64,000 bases of DNA from Polaromonas sp. (GCA_031367325.1 JANLPQ010000056.1:2743-66742), one strand, 5' to 3'; positions 54,380 to 63,159 are shown, numbered from the stretch's first letter. Translations and numbers: made by a program. Notes: a model not told the origin generated them from the letters alone.

Positions 54380-55042
54380 ATGAGTGCATTCCAATTTATC
54401 TCGCAAGGCGACGCTATCAGTAAATTTGTTGCGCTGCTGCTGCTGGCTATGTCGGTGGCCAGCTGGGTGGTGATTGTGTGGAAAGCCTGGATGATCAAAC
54501 GTGCCGTGCCCGATGTGGCGCGCAGCATTGCCGCGTTTTGGCAAGCGCCTGATTTAGCGCAAGCGCAAGCCACGGTAGCCAGCCTAGACCGCGAAGGCTT
54601 GGTGCTACCGCTCATAGAAGCCAGCCATGCGCGCGCCGCCGGCACGCTGGCCACTGTAGGCGACAAAGCCCAGCAGCTCACCCGCGTGCTGCGCGATGCC
54701 TTGCACGCTGTGCTGCTGAAGTTGCAATTTGGCCAAGTGCTGCTGGCCACCGTCGGCTCCACCGCGCCGTTCGTGGGGCTGCTGGGTACAGTGTGGGGCA
54801 TCTACCATGCGCTTATTGGCATCAGCGGCGCAGGCCAATTGACCATTGACAAAGTAGCTGGCCCCGTAGGCGAGGCGCTGATTATGACGGCCGCAGGCTT
54901 GGCCGTGGCCATCCCTGCCGTGCTAGCGTACAACCTGTTTGGTCGCTATGTAGGCCGTATCGAAGCTGACCTAGAAGGCTTTGCACGAGACCTGCGTGAA
55001 CTGATCGCGCACCACGCCCCCAAGTCCTCCGTATCGGAATAA
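54380..55042 (+). CDS. exbB: MotA/TolQ/ExbB proton channel family protein
   Basis: 220 aa with three TM helices and the block TAPFVGLLGTVWGI. Followed by an ExbD-type gene. No tolA/tolB/pal or tonB is adjacent, so the exbB symbol is tentative. Confidence 0.75.
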   Translation: MSAFQFISQGDAISKFVALLLLAMSVASWVVIVWKAWMIKRAVPDVARSIAAFWQAPDLAQAQATVASLDREGLVLPLIEASHARAAGTLATVGDKAQQLTRVLRDALHAVLLKLQFGQVLLATVGSTAPFVGLLGTVWGIYHALIGISGAGQLTIDKVAGPVGEALIMTAAGLAVAIPAVLAYNLFGRYVGRIEADLEGFARDLRELIAHHAPKSSVSE

Positions 55043-55045
55043 AAG

Positions 55046-55483
55046 ATGTCATTTGGCCGCCTAGAACGCACAAAAAGCGCCCAGCCCATGAGCGAGATCA
55101 ACGTCACGCCGCTGGTGGATGTGATGATGGTGCTGCTGGTGATTTTTATCATCACCGCACCACTATTGGCCAGCAGCATCAAGCTAGATTTGCCCAAGAC
55201 CGAAGCCGCCAAACCCAACGACGCCCCCAAGTTTGTTACCGTAGTGGTCGACAAAGCCGCGCAAGTTTTTTTAAACGACAAACCCATTGAACTGCCCGCG
55301 CTGGCTGAATCATTGCAGCAGTCCGCCAAAGCCAACCCCGACACCGAAGTGCAACTGCGCGCCGATGCTACTGTGCCCTATGGCAAAGTGGTCGAGGTGA
55401 TGGGCATTGCACAAAAAGCAGGCTTAAATCGTATAGGTTTTGTCGCTGACAAGCCTGCCACTGGAACACCCAGCACCCCCTGA
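55046..55483 (+). CDS. exbD: ExbD/TolR family biopolymer transporter
   Basis: 145 aa. INVTPLVDVMMVLLVIFII and the periplasmic domain are typical of ExbD/TolR. Confidence 0.8.
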   Translation: MSFGRLERTKSAQPMSEINVTPLVDVMMVLLVIFIITAPLLASSIKLDLPKTEAAKPNDAPKFVTVVVDKAAQVFLNDKPIELPALAESLQQSAKANPDTEVQLRADATVPYGKVVEVMGIAQKAGLNRIGFVADKPATGTPSTP

Positions 55484-55490
55484 ATAAATT

Positions 55491-55509
55491 GGGCTTCGCG
55501 CCGAAGCCC
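55491..55509 (+). terminator. Stem-loop after exbD (no T-run)
   Basis: GGGCTTCG-CGC-CGAAGCCC, 8 bp stem. Confidence 0.4.
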
Positions 55510-55571
55510 AGGCCCCAACCCTCATTAGCAAAGATATACAATACTGTGGTGTATATCAATGGAGTATTCAA

Positions 55572-55814
55572 ATGCAAGTAGCTAAGTGGGGCAACAGTTT
55601 GGGTGTTCGCCTGCCCATGGCACTAGTGCAAAAGCTGGGCATCTCCGAGGGCGACGAGTTGGTGGTGCTGCCCGCTGCGCGCCGCGCAGGAGCGCCTGTG
55701 GTGCAGATCAGCCGCCAGCCTAGCAAACTAGAGCGCTTGCACGCCATGCGCCGCTACCGCGCTGCTATGCCTGCCGGTTTTAAATTTGACCGTGAAGAAG
55801 CCAACGCGCGCTGA
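55572..55814 (+). CDS. vapB: AbrB/MazE/SpoVT family antitoxin (VapB-type)
   Basis: 80 aa. MQVAKWGNSLGVRLP is the SpoVT-AbrB swapped-hairpin signature. The stop overlaps the vapC ATG (TGATG). Confidence 0.85.
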   Translation: MQVAKWGNSLGVRLPMALVQKLGISEGDELVVLPAARRAGAPVVQISRQPSKLERLHAMRRYRAAMPAGFKFDREEANAR

Positions 55815-56227
55815 TGAAAATATTTCTTGACACCAATGTGCTGATTTATTGGCTTGACCTAAGCCCGCGCGCGGATGTGGTTGAACAGCTGTTAGCGCAA
55901 GATGCCGTCATTAGCGTGCAAGTACTCAACGAGTTTGCCAACGTGCTGCGCAAAAAGCGCAACATGCCCTTTGCAGCCATTAATGAACTGGTAGAGACTT
56001 TATTGCAAACCTGCGATGTGGGTGACCTGACCGTGCGTGTGCACCAAGGCGCGCTAGAGCTGGCGGCGCGCTATAAACTCAGCATTTACGATGCTAATAT
56101 TTTGGCTGCTGCTGCAGAAATGGGTTGCGCTACCGTGTATTCAGAAGACATGCAACACGGCATGAGCATCAAGCACCCTAAATCAATTGGCAGTGGCTCA
56201 CTGTCTATTAAAAACCCGTTTATTTAA
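55814..56227 (+). CDS. vapC: Type II toxin VapC (PIN domain ribonuclease)
   Basis: 137 aa with FLDTNVLIY (first acidic residue), a conserved E in VLNEFANV and D in IYDANILAAA. Confidence 0.85.
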   Translation: MKIFLDTNVLIYWLDLSPRADVVEQLLAQDAVISVQVLNEFANVLRKKRNMPFAAINELVETLLQTCDVGDLTVRVHQGALELAARYKLSIYDANILAAAAEMGCATVYSEDMQHGMSIKHPKSIGSGSLSIKNPFI

Positions 56228-56608
56228 TTTTTCAGTTTTAGTTTTTAAGCTAAATCTATTTCCGATGTCGATAGCGCGGCCTGCGCTGCAATCACCGGAC
56301 TTGCAACTGATGCAATCTTGAGATTGATTTTGGCAGCCTGTGCTTGATCCGAGCCGGTGGCTGGTCCGACCATGATGATCTCTACTAGGAGCGTAGAGAC
56401 TATATTCTTTGCTAGTTTGTTTGGAATAAAAATCAAGCGTAGTCCGCACGGCTAAAATTTATGTTTTGGTGTACGACTGTGTCTGGCTATGAGTGGTGCC
56501 AAACCGTCTTTAAAAATAGCTGTCAAGTGGTGTCTGTGCGGCACAGCAATGTAGTTGCAGGTAGCCACTTTGGCCTCTCGTGGCTGTGTAAAGGTAATTC
56601 GTTTGAAT

Positions 56609-56624
56609 CTGACACACTTGACAC
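56609..56624 (+). promoter_or_regulatory. Direct-repeat motif S1 (CTGACACACTTGACAC)
   Basis: 90 nt upstream of the 56699 start codon. Shares the TGACAC-N3-TGACAC arrangement with S2 and S3. Confidence 0.55.
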
Positions 56625-56698
56625 TTTACACCGCACGCAACGTAAGTTGCAATACGTTACAGATAATATTTTCTGCAAAACCCTCTGGAGCAATTAAG

Positions 56699-57298
56699 GT
56701 GAGTAAGTTGAAAATTATTTTTAATGTGGTGTTGGTACTTGCATTGACAGCGTGTGGCGGTGGTGGAAGCGATGTTGACCCAACTTCGTTGGCAGTGTCT
56801 GGCGGTGGTTCAGTTACAGCGCCTGTAAGCCCACCCACCGAAACAACCACTTCATCCACTACTAGCGGCTACACTAAAGCAACGCTTAACGGCGTTTATA
56901 GCCGCTGTCCAATAAAACAAGTTCTCGCCGCTACAAGTGATGCATGGTGGACCTGCATTGCAGGATTGGAGTTTGTTGGTTTGACCGCATTTGGTGGTAA
57001 AGCTTGCTCATTGATTGTGCGCAGCGACGGTGCGTTTGAATACACCAGCAATGGCGTTAAAAGAACAACACCGACAGCTAGTAACAATCTTGCAACGGCA
57101 GCGAGTACATACCAGCACGCAATCATTGGTACCGCTGGATATCACAACTTTCGTGCGTCATCAAACTTTGTTAACCAAGCGCTTATACAGTCAGGCATAA
57201 GCGTGCTGGCAGTAGAGGTTGTATTGAGCCAGGTGCCTGATCTTGTGTCTTTTGAGGTAAGTTATCAGGGAGAATCTTGCAGCTTGAATATTCAATAA
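56699..57298 (+). CDS. Hypothetical lipoprotein
   Basis: ORF from 56555. GTG 56699 is preceded by AAGG and gives VSKLKIIFNVVLVLALTAC-GGGG (lipobox) plus a Thr/Ser/Pro linker. I do not recognise a family. Confidence 0.65.
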   Translation: MSKLKIIFNVVLVLALTACGGGGSDVDPTSLAVSGGGSVTAPVSPPTETTTSSTTSGYTKATLNGVYSRCPIKQVLAATSDAWWTCIAGLEFVGLTAFGGKACSLIVRSDGAFEYTSNGVKRTTPTASNNLATAASTYQHAIIGTAGYHNFRASSNFVNQALIQSGISVLAVEVVLSQVPDLVSFEVSYQGESCSLNIQ

Positions 57299-57516
57299 CC
57301 GCAGGTTAGGAGTCTGGGCGGTAAAAGGATGGTTAATCACCTCAAGCACTCTCAAGCCGTCTCGGTGATGCTTGGTGATTGCAATAGCGTCCGCGTAAGT
57401 GGAAATAGGAGCATTTAATACCCTATCAGAACTTCAAATATGCCTTCACACACCTTTTTTTCTTCTTAAACCATCCTTTTCATAGAATTCTAGATAAAAA
57501 GAAATAAGCTTTAAAT

Positions 57517-57532
57517 TTGACACAATTGACAC
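57517..57532 (+). promoter_or_regulatory. Direct-repeat motif S2 (TTGACACAATTGACAC)
   Basis: 83 nt upstream of ATG 57600. Identical 16-mer to S3. Confidence 0.55.
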
Positions 57533-57599
57533 AGTTGAGAACTATTAAATATAGTTAAGCTTTATAACTAACAAATATTTCTTGACCAAGTCATACTCC

Positions 57600-57959
57600 A
57601 TGAAAACGCTACCCCATTTAATCCTGTTGTCGTCATTTACTGTGCTGGTTGGTTGTGCCACCACCACGACTAAAAACATCTCTTATACAACCACGGCAGA
57701 CCGCGCCTATGAATGCGCACTGGGCGCAGCCAGAGATGGAGGTTTACAAGTGGCAATGTCAGATACCAAAGCCGGTATTTTTTCAGTGATCACTGGTGGT
57801 GGGTTTGCAGGCGGGATGCAAATATCGTTTGCTGTGGATAAGCAGGCAAAAGTTGTAAACGTCATTGCAACTAACCACGGTGCGGGCATGCCTGGCGCTA
57901 GCAACTCCGAGAAGATAGTTGCTGATTTTCAGTCCGCATTTTCTAAACGTTGCAAATAA
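57600..57959 (+). CDS. Hypothetical small lipoprotein
   Basis: ORF from 57582. ATG 57600 gives MKTLPHLILLSSFTVLVGC-ATT (lipobox). I do not recognise a family. Confidence 0.65.
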   Translation: MKTLPHLILLSSFTVLVGCATTTTKNISYTTTADRAYECALGAARDGGLQVAMSDTKAGIFSVITGGGFAGGMQISFAVDKQAKVVNVIATNHGAGMPGASNSEKIVADFQSAFSKRCK

Positions 57960-58087
57960 AAATATTTGATGTGCTTATACATAGTTTTTTAGGACTTTGC
58001 ACGACCGAGAAAGCCAAAGTCTCGAAAGGCAGGGTATTTTTTTAGGCTTTGACTTGCAAACGGCAGCAGGCTGCAATGTTTCCATCA

Positions 58088-59512
58088 TCAACCGCAAGCA
58101 AACCCATCTTTTTGCATATCAATAACAATCTCTTCGTGCCGCGCCATCAGCGCGTCTCGCTCTGCGCGTGCAGCTTGTCTGGGCACGATGCAATGCCGCA
58201 TGTGTAGAAAACTTGCAAGTTGATTTAAGGCAATAATTTCTTGTCGTGGTCCGCCATGGTTGCGCGCCAGTTCAAGTGCCCGTGCATAAAAGGCTTGGTT
58301 GTTAGGGCTGGTTTGCTCGGGCCAAACCAGCGCATCTTGTTCAATCAGGGCGCGCGCCTTGGACGAACTGAGGTAAATGTCGCCCAACATTAAAAAGTCC
58401 CAAGCGCTGTCTTGCGGTAGTTCAAAGCGGTCTACCAATGTGTGTGACAGCTTAAACCATGCGATAGAGGCCGCTAGTCCGTCATACAGACCTTTGCTGT
58501 CTAACCAATACAACGAGTAGGCAAAATTGCAGGCTACAGCCTGGCAGTGGTAATGGTCTTTTGCAAGGCTGGCCCAAAAATAAGCCGCACCAAAAGTTTG
58601 CATTGCCTCATTTACTAAGTGTTGTACTGTTTGAGGTTGCGCATTAGCTTGCAGTTGCCGTTCTATTTGTCGCCTAAAAGCCAGCGCCCGCAAGTTGCAC
58701 CACTCCCACTGCAAATTAATGTTGGGCGCTGTGTCCACCACGGTCCTTAGCTTTTCAAAATCTACGCTCAAAGAGGCTTGCAGCGGCAGTGCGTCAAATG
58801 CTGCACGTGCTGTCAGTAGCCCAGTTTTGCTAGCCACATAGGCCCTCATACGCCAAGGTAGCGCCGCAGAGCGCTTTTGCAGCAGCAACAAAAGCGCATT
58901 TGCCTGCGCATATTGCCCTAAGCGCCGCTGCACACGTGCTAGCCGAATGGCCCACATACACCAGCCTGCATCGCTGAGCCCTAAGGTTTGCAGCTGTGAC
59001 TCTAGCAATTTGATCGCTTCTGGGTATTGGCCCGCTGCCAGCATTACGTCTGCCACAGCCAGCGCGTTGGCTGCATGGCACCAAGCAGTGGGGTCGGTAT
59101 GCTGGGTGAAGTTAGGCTCTGGGTTGGCGGTAGGTGCATGGCATCCGTCTACTTGCCATTCTTCGCTGGGCAATATAACTAAACGCCATGGCCCGGTAGT
59201 TAGTGCCCGCGTTTCGGTCTCAACCCTGCTGGCACCGTTGGGCAACACGACAGCCAGTGCTGCGCGCACTGTTTGCACGATACGGCTAATAGCCGTTCGG
59301 TCAGGTACTGCCTGTACATCGTGCGCAGCCCAAGATGACAAGAAATCAGCCTTGGTGTAAGCCCGGCCTTGCATAGCTGCTGTTATCAGCCCGTCTAAAA
59401 ATAAGGCGGCCTTATGGTGTTTTAGTGGGGCAGTAACACCATTGCTGCTTAATAAATTAGCTTTTAAATGCAAGCTGACGAGAGTAAATGGTACTTTTGA
59501 CACAATTGACAC
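58088..59512 (-). CDS. Putative transcriptional regulator: N-terminal OmpR/CadC-like winged helix plus helical-repeat (TPR-like) region
   Basis: 474 aa. Residues 10-95 follow the trans_reg_C spacing pattern (L-L...G..V.L..K..ALFL..L......YTKADFLSSW.........ISRIVQTVRAAL). The remainder is Ala/Leu-rich helical repeats (QYPEAIKLLESQL, LGQYAQANALL). The domain call is by eye only, and the GTG 59512 start is uncertain. Confidence 0.5.
   Translation of the reverse strand: MSIVSKVPFTLVSLHLKANLLSSNGVTAPLKHHKAALFLDGLITAAMQGRAYTKADFLSSWAAHDVQAVPDRTAISRIVQTVRAALAVVLPNGASRVETETRALTTGPWRLVILPSEEWQVDGCHAPTANPEPNFTQHTDPTAWCHAANALAVADVMLAAGQYPEAIKLLESQLQTLGLSDAGWCMWAIRLARVQRRLGQYAQANALLLLLQKRSAALPWRMRAYVASKTGLLTARAAFDALPLQASLSVDFEKLRTVVDTAPNINLQWEWCNLRALAFRRQIERQLQANAQPQTVQHLVNEAMQTFGAAYFWASLAKDHYHCQAVACNFAYSLYWLDSKGLYDGLAASIAWFKLSHTLVDRFELPQDSAWDFLMLGDIYLSSSKARALIEQDALVWPEQTSPNNQAFYARALELARNHGGPRQEIIALNQLASFLHMRHCIVPRQAARAERDALMARHEEIVIDMQKDGFACG
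59497..59512 (+). promoter_or_regulatory. Direct-repeat motif S3 (TTGACACAATTGACAC)
   Basis: 87 nt upstream of ATG 59584. On the other strand it overlaps the predicted start codon of the regulator gene. Confidence 0.55.
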
Positions 59513-59583
59513 TTTACGACAATCTCGCCTTCGTTTTCAATACGTTACAGAAAAATACTTTTCAATTCATTTAAAGGCGCGCT

Positions 59584-61293
59584 ATGAAAAAATATAAAAG
59601 CTCAATATTGTTGAGCGCTGTTTTGTCAGCATTATTAGTGGGATGTGGTGGAGGTGGCGACCCAGTTGCGCCTACAGGTGGCTCTTCAGAACCTACTGGC
59701 ACATCAGTTACTGACACCACGGGTACTACACCTACGGGCACTACACCCACGGGGACTACACCCGGCGGTTCACCAGGACCAATTCCGCCCACACTCGAAA
59801 CAGTTAACTTAGCAGTTCAATTCTTAGCCGCCTACGATGCACAACGCGCTACAGCTATACCCACATCCGCAGCCAGTTTGTATGCTGCTACTGACAGCTG
59901 TAGCCTCAGCGGAGGTAACACTAAGGCATTGCTAACAGCGGCATTCAATGCTGATGCAGCATTAGTAATCGGTTCCAAACAATTTGATATAGGGTCAGTT
60001 AGAAAGAATATTGAGGTCTTGGCTGAGCGCAACAGCACCAACGCCGATGGCAGTACACGCCGCGAGATCGATATTAAGTACGATGTTTTATATACAGATG
60101 GCTCCGCTGACACTGCAGCAACCACCACATTGATAACCGGTAGCTCTTATGGCAGCTGTGGTGCACCGCAAACTGGTGCAGATGTGCGCTTTTTCGGCAA
60201 CCGCCGCGTAGTTGATGTGTATATGCAAGGGCGTAACCTCAGCACTATCAACTTATACAGACAGAACACGTCTGTGCCAGTAGCCAGTGCACCTGCAGGC
60301 CTGCCTTATCCCACCGCAACATCCACAATATCAGGCGTGCCCACAACTGTGTATTTAGTTCCTGCAGGCAGCCCATCTGTGAACGCACCGGTCACCTATA
60401 GACGCGATGTATTGTTTGGTATCAACGACCCGTCGGGCAAAGCTACCTACCTTGTGGTTACGGGCCCGGGGCCAGCAACCTCAGTGGCTGGCGTAACCAA
60501 GACTTTCAGCGTAAAGATGATTTCTCCTAGGCTGCTGCGCGACGACGCGCTGCTAGCTGGCAAGCGAGGTAACTTTGCTAATTGGAAGGATGATGACAGT
60601 TTTCGCTTTTGCAGTAGTGTCGCTAGCGGGATTTTAAATGCTGAGCTTTCTGATTGCGTAACTAACGGCGGAGCAGGTAATAACTTTGGCTGGAATCGTG
60701 CGTCTACATCACCTAACACTGTAGCCTCGTCTGACGCTGGTTTTGATGCTTATGGCTTTCAGGTAGGCAACTACACCTTCAATATTTACAACGACGACGG
60801 ATGGAAAACGGTAAACGGCCAAGCTGGCAAAACACCCATAGCCACCTACACGGCAAGACTTGAAAAGTTGCCATACTCATTTGCAGACATGGGCGTAACT
60901 TTAAATACAGCCTACGCCATCCCGACCAGCAAGTTTCCACAATTTAGTAATGCTAGTTTATCAACGGCTGATATAGCTGCAAGGTTACAACTCTCTACCG
61001 CTACGACTTTTACCAGCACGTGGACAGCTCCAGTGGTGCCCGGTGCAGATGTTTGGCGTTTAAGCAGCGGAGGTGAGTATTTTGATGGTGCCAAATCTAC
61101 CAATACATTGGGCGCATTTTGGCCTGCACTAAGATTTTTCACACCCGCATACCCCAGCAGTACAGCACTTGCAGGCACCACTACCATTTCAGCTAAACCT
61201 GCAGAAATAAGCGTCAAAAACTACTCTGAATTTTCGTTAACGTATACCAACCGCAACGGCGGAAGAATTCAAAGTGCAGTAGCGTTTAACTAA
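59584..61293 (+). CDS. Hypothetical large lipoprotein
   Basis: 569 aa. MKKYKSSILLSAVLSALLVGC-GGGG lipobox, a TGTTP-repeat linker, then a Thr/Ser/Asn-rich body. I do not recognise a family. Confidence 0.75.
   Translation: MKKYKSSILLSAVLSALLVGCGGGGDPVAPTGGSSEPTGTSVTDTTGTTPTGTTPTGTTPGGSPGPIPPTLETVNLAVQFLAAYDAQRATAIPTSAASLYAATDSCSLSGGNTKALLTAAFNADAALVIGSKQFDIGSVRKNIEVLAERNSTNADGSTRREIDIKYDVLYTDGSADTAATTTLITGSSYGSCGAPQTGADVRFFGNRRVVDVYMQGRNLSTINLYRQNTSVPVASAPAGLPYPTATSTISGVPTTVYLVPAGSPSVNAPVTYRRDVLFGINDPSGKATYLVVTGPGPATSVAGVTKTFSVKMISPRLLRDDALLAGKRGNFANWKDDDSFRFCSSVASGILNAELSDCVTNGGAGNNFGWNRASTSPNTVASSDAGFDAYGFQVGNYTFNIYNDDGWKTVNGQAGKTPIATYTARLEKLPYSFADMGVTLNTAYAIPTSKFPQFSNASLSTADIAARLQLSTATTFTSTWTAPVVPGADVWRLSSGGEYFDGAKSTNTLGAFWPALRFFTPAYPSSTALAGTTTISAKPAEISVKNYSEFSLTYTNRNGGRIQSAVAFN
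59719..59763 (+). repeat. 15 bp tandem repeat x3 encoding TGTTP
   Basis: ACGGGTACTACACCT ACGGGCACTACACCC ACGGGGACTACACCC. The units differ only at third codon positions. Confidence 0.9.
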
Positions 61294-61300
61294 AAATTTG

Positions 61301-61327
61301 CAGGCCAGTATCTAAATTACTGGCCTG
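61301..61327 (+). terminator. Hairpin between the 59584 and 61355 genes
   Basis: Perfect 10 bp stem CAGGCCAGTA / TACTGGCCTG with a 7 nt loop, followed by TAATTTG (weak T-run). Confidence 0.5.
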
Positions 61328-61354
61328 TAATTTGCAAGAAAATTGACCTAGAAA

Positions 61355-62017
61355 ATGAACATACTAAAATTACTGATGGTAGCCGTAGGGCTTGCGCTAG
61401 GTACTTCTCAGTTGCTTGCCCAAACTGCAGAGCGTCCCATTTGGGATATCAAGGACCGGTGGGAATACCAGTTCACTAAAAAAAATGACGGCAACAAAGT
61501 CAGCGAATATTCTCATGAGATCGAAAAACTAGAAGATGGCAAAATCACAGTCCGCAGACAAAACAAAAATGCAGAAGGTGCGTTTACCAGTGGCGGCAGA
61601 GTAATCTACAGTGCTGACATGAACTACGTGTCAGCTTCTGCAACTGAATCCGTTGTTACGCCAGATTCGCGCACACTGCAATGGCCCTTAGAGGTTGGCA
61701 AAAAGTATGCGGTCGAATATGAATGGACCAACGCTAGCAACGCCCAAAAAGGAAACTTTGAATACAAGGCCACAGTTGAAAGCTACGAAGACATCACAGT
61801 GCCGGCTGGCACGTTCAAGGCTTACAAAATAGTGTTCAAAGGTTTTTGGAACCGCCGAGATAGCCAATACAGCGGCAGTGGACGATCAAACCACATCCTG
61901 TGGTATGCGCCTGATGTAAAGCGCTGGGTTAGGTGGACGATAGAAGATCGTACATCTAATGGACAACTCTACAACGATAACGTCGCAGAATTAGTCAAGT
62001 ACAATCCCGCAAAATAA
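61355..62017 (+). CDS. Hypothetical secreted protein (beta-rich)
   Basis: 220 aa with signal peptide MNILKLLMVAVGLALGTSQLLA-QT and alternating beta-strand-like sequence (VPAGTFKAYKIVFKGFW). I do not recognise a family. Confidence 0.7.
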   Translation: MNILKLLMVAVGLALGTSQLLAQTAERPIWDIKDRWEYQFTKKNDGNKVSEYSHEIEKLEDGKITVRRQNKNAEGAFTSGGRVIYSADMNYVSASATESVVTPDSRTLQWPLEVGKKYAVEYEWTNASNAQKGNFEYKATVESYEDITVPAGTFKAYKIVFKGFWNRRDSQYSGSGRSNHILWYAPDVKRWVRWTIEDRTSNGQLYNDNVAELVKYNPAK

Positions 62018-62071
62018 TCGCTAACACTGGTTTTGATTATCTTGCGAGACTCATATTAAATACGATGACAG

Positions 62072-63070
62072 CTAACGCATTAAAATTTTTTTGCGCCAAT
62101 GGGTTTGCTTCACAAATTTGTCTTGCAGTAAGGCGTCAGTTATGCGGCCTTGGTTTTTGAGTTGCTCCAGGCGTTGCAGCAGGCTGACAGTGACAGCCTG
62201 GCGCGAAGAAATAATCAGATCTACATTGGTAAAAATTTGCAGCAAATCATCATCAGTCAGCATTAGGGTTGCTACATCGTCGGCAACCAACAATGCATTA
62301 GGCTGTGCAGTGCGCGCCATAGCTACCAGCTCGGGGCTTAGCACAGCAGGTTGGTTGCCATAGGATTTAAAAATCGCAACGCTTAGCATTAAAAACGCAG
62401 GCATGTTGCTATTAAAAGCTTTTGATACATTTGCCAGATGCTGCTGGCTGGCATGGTCTACGGCGGCTTCTTTATGGCCCGCTGGAAACCAGCGTTGATC
62501 GCTCAAATCACTTGCCTGCATGATGCGTGTGCTGCTGCTGTGGCCGGGATAATGCTTCCATGTAGGCACCACACCACCGCTGCGCATGGCACGGGCAAAT
62601 GCACTGGCGTATTGGCCTGCTAGCGCGGGCTCGCTGGCGTAGCCGCGGTGAATGTAAATATCTGCCTCGGGTGTTGCGTCAAGCGCTGGCTGCGTGTCAG
62701 CAACAGGCGCTAAATTAACTGTAACGCATGCAAACCGCAATGCTTTAGCAGCTGACAAAGCAATCGCTTCGAAATTTTCTAGACTTTTTGTTTGCGCTGT
62801 CGCTGGATCTGGCGGTGCGAACTGTGGCCCCTTCAATCTGCGCACAATACCGCCTTCTTGGTCTACCGCTTGCAACTGCTGTGGTTGCAGCTTAGTGGTT
62901 TGGCACGGCGCATCTGGCGTACGTGCTAGTTCTGCACCGTAGTACACGCGGCCAGCCCATGGCCCGGCCCCTTCGCTGATGAAAAACTGGGCAAAGTCCG
63001 GGGTTTGTGCCCAGCTGTGGTTGGCCGTAAACAAGGCAAAGCAAATGCAAGCAATAGTTGAAAAATTCAT
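62072..63070 (-). CDS. Glycoside hydrolase family 3 N-terminal-domain protein (NagZ-like, with signal peptide)
   Basis: 332 aa with signal peptide ...FTANHSWA-QT and GH3 blocks DQEGGIVRRL, KHYPGHS and LLVADDVATLML. Confidence 0.65.
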   Translation of the reverse strand: MNFSTIACICFALFTANHSWAQTPDFAQFFISEGAGPWAGRVYYGAELARTPDAPCQTTKLQPQQLQAVDQEGGIVRRLKGPQFAPPDPATAQTKSLENFEAIALSAAKALRFACVTVNLAPVADTQPALDATPEADIYIHRGYASEPALAGQYASAFARAMRSGGVVPTWKHYPGHSSSTRIMQASDLSDQRWFPAGHKEAAVDHASQQHLANVSKAFNSNMPAFLMLSVAIFKSYGNQPAVLSPELVAMARTAQPNALLVADDVATLMLTDDDLLQIFTNVDLIISSRQAVTVSLLQRLEQLKNQGRITDALLQDKFVKQTHWRKKILMR

Positions 63071-63159
63071 ATACGTTTAGTTTGAAACTATGCAGCGCAG
63101 ATGATCTTCACATCTGTATGACAGTAACGCAACAATCTCGCAAACAGTATTCGCACAGA

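Noticed and set aside
56198-56449. 83 aa and 63 aa minus-strand ORFs overlapping the vapC 3' end
   Set aside because: No RBS, odd composition and overlap with vapC. Kept only as part of the unexplained-gap observation.
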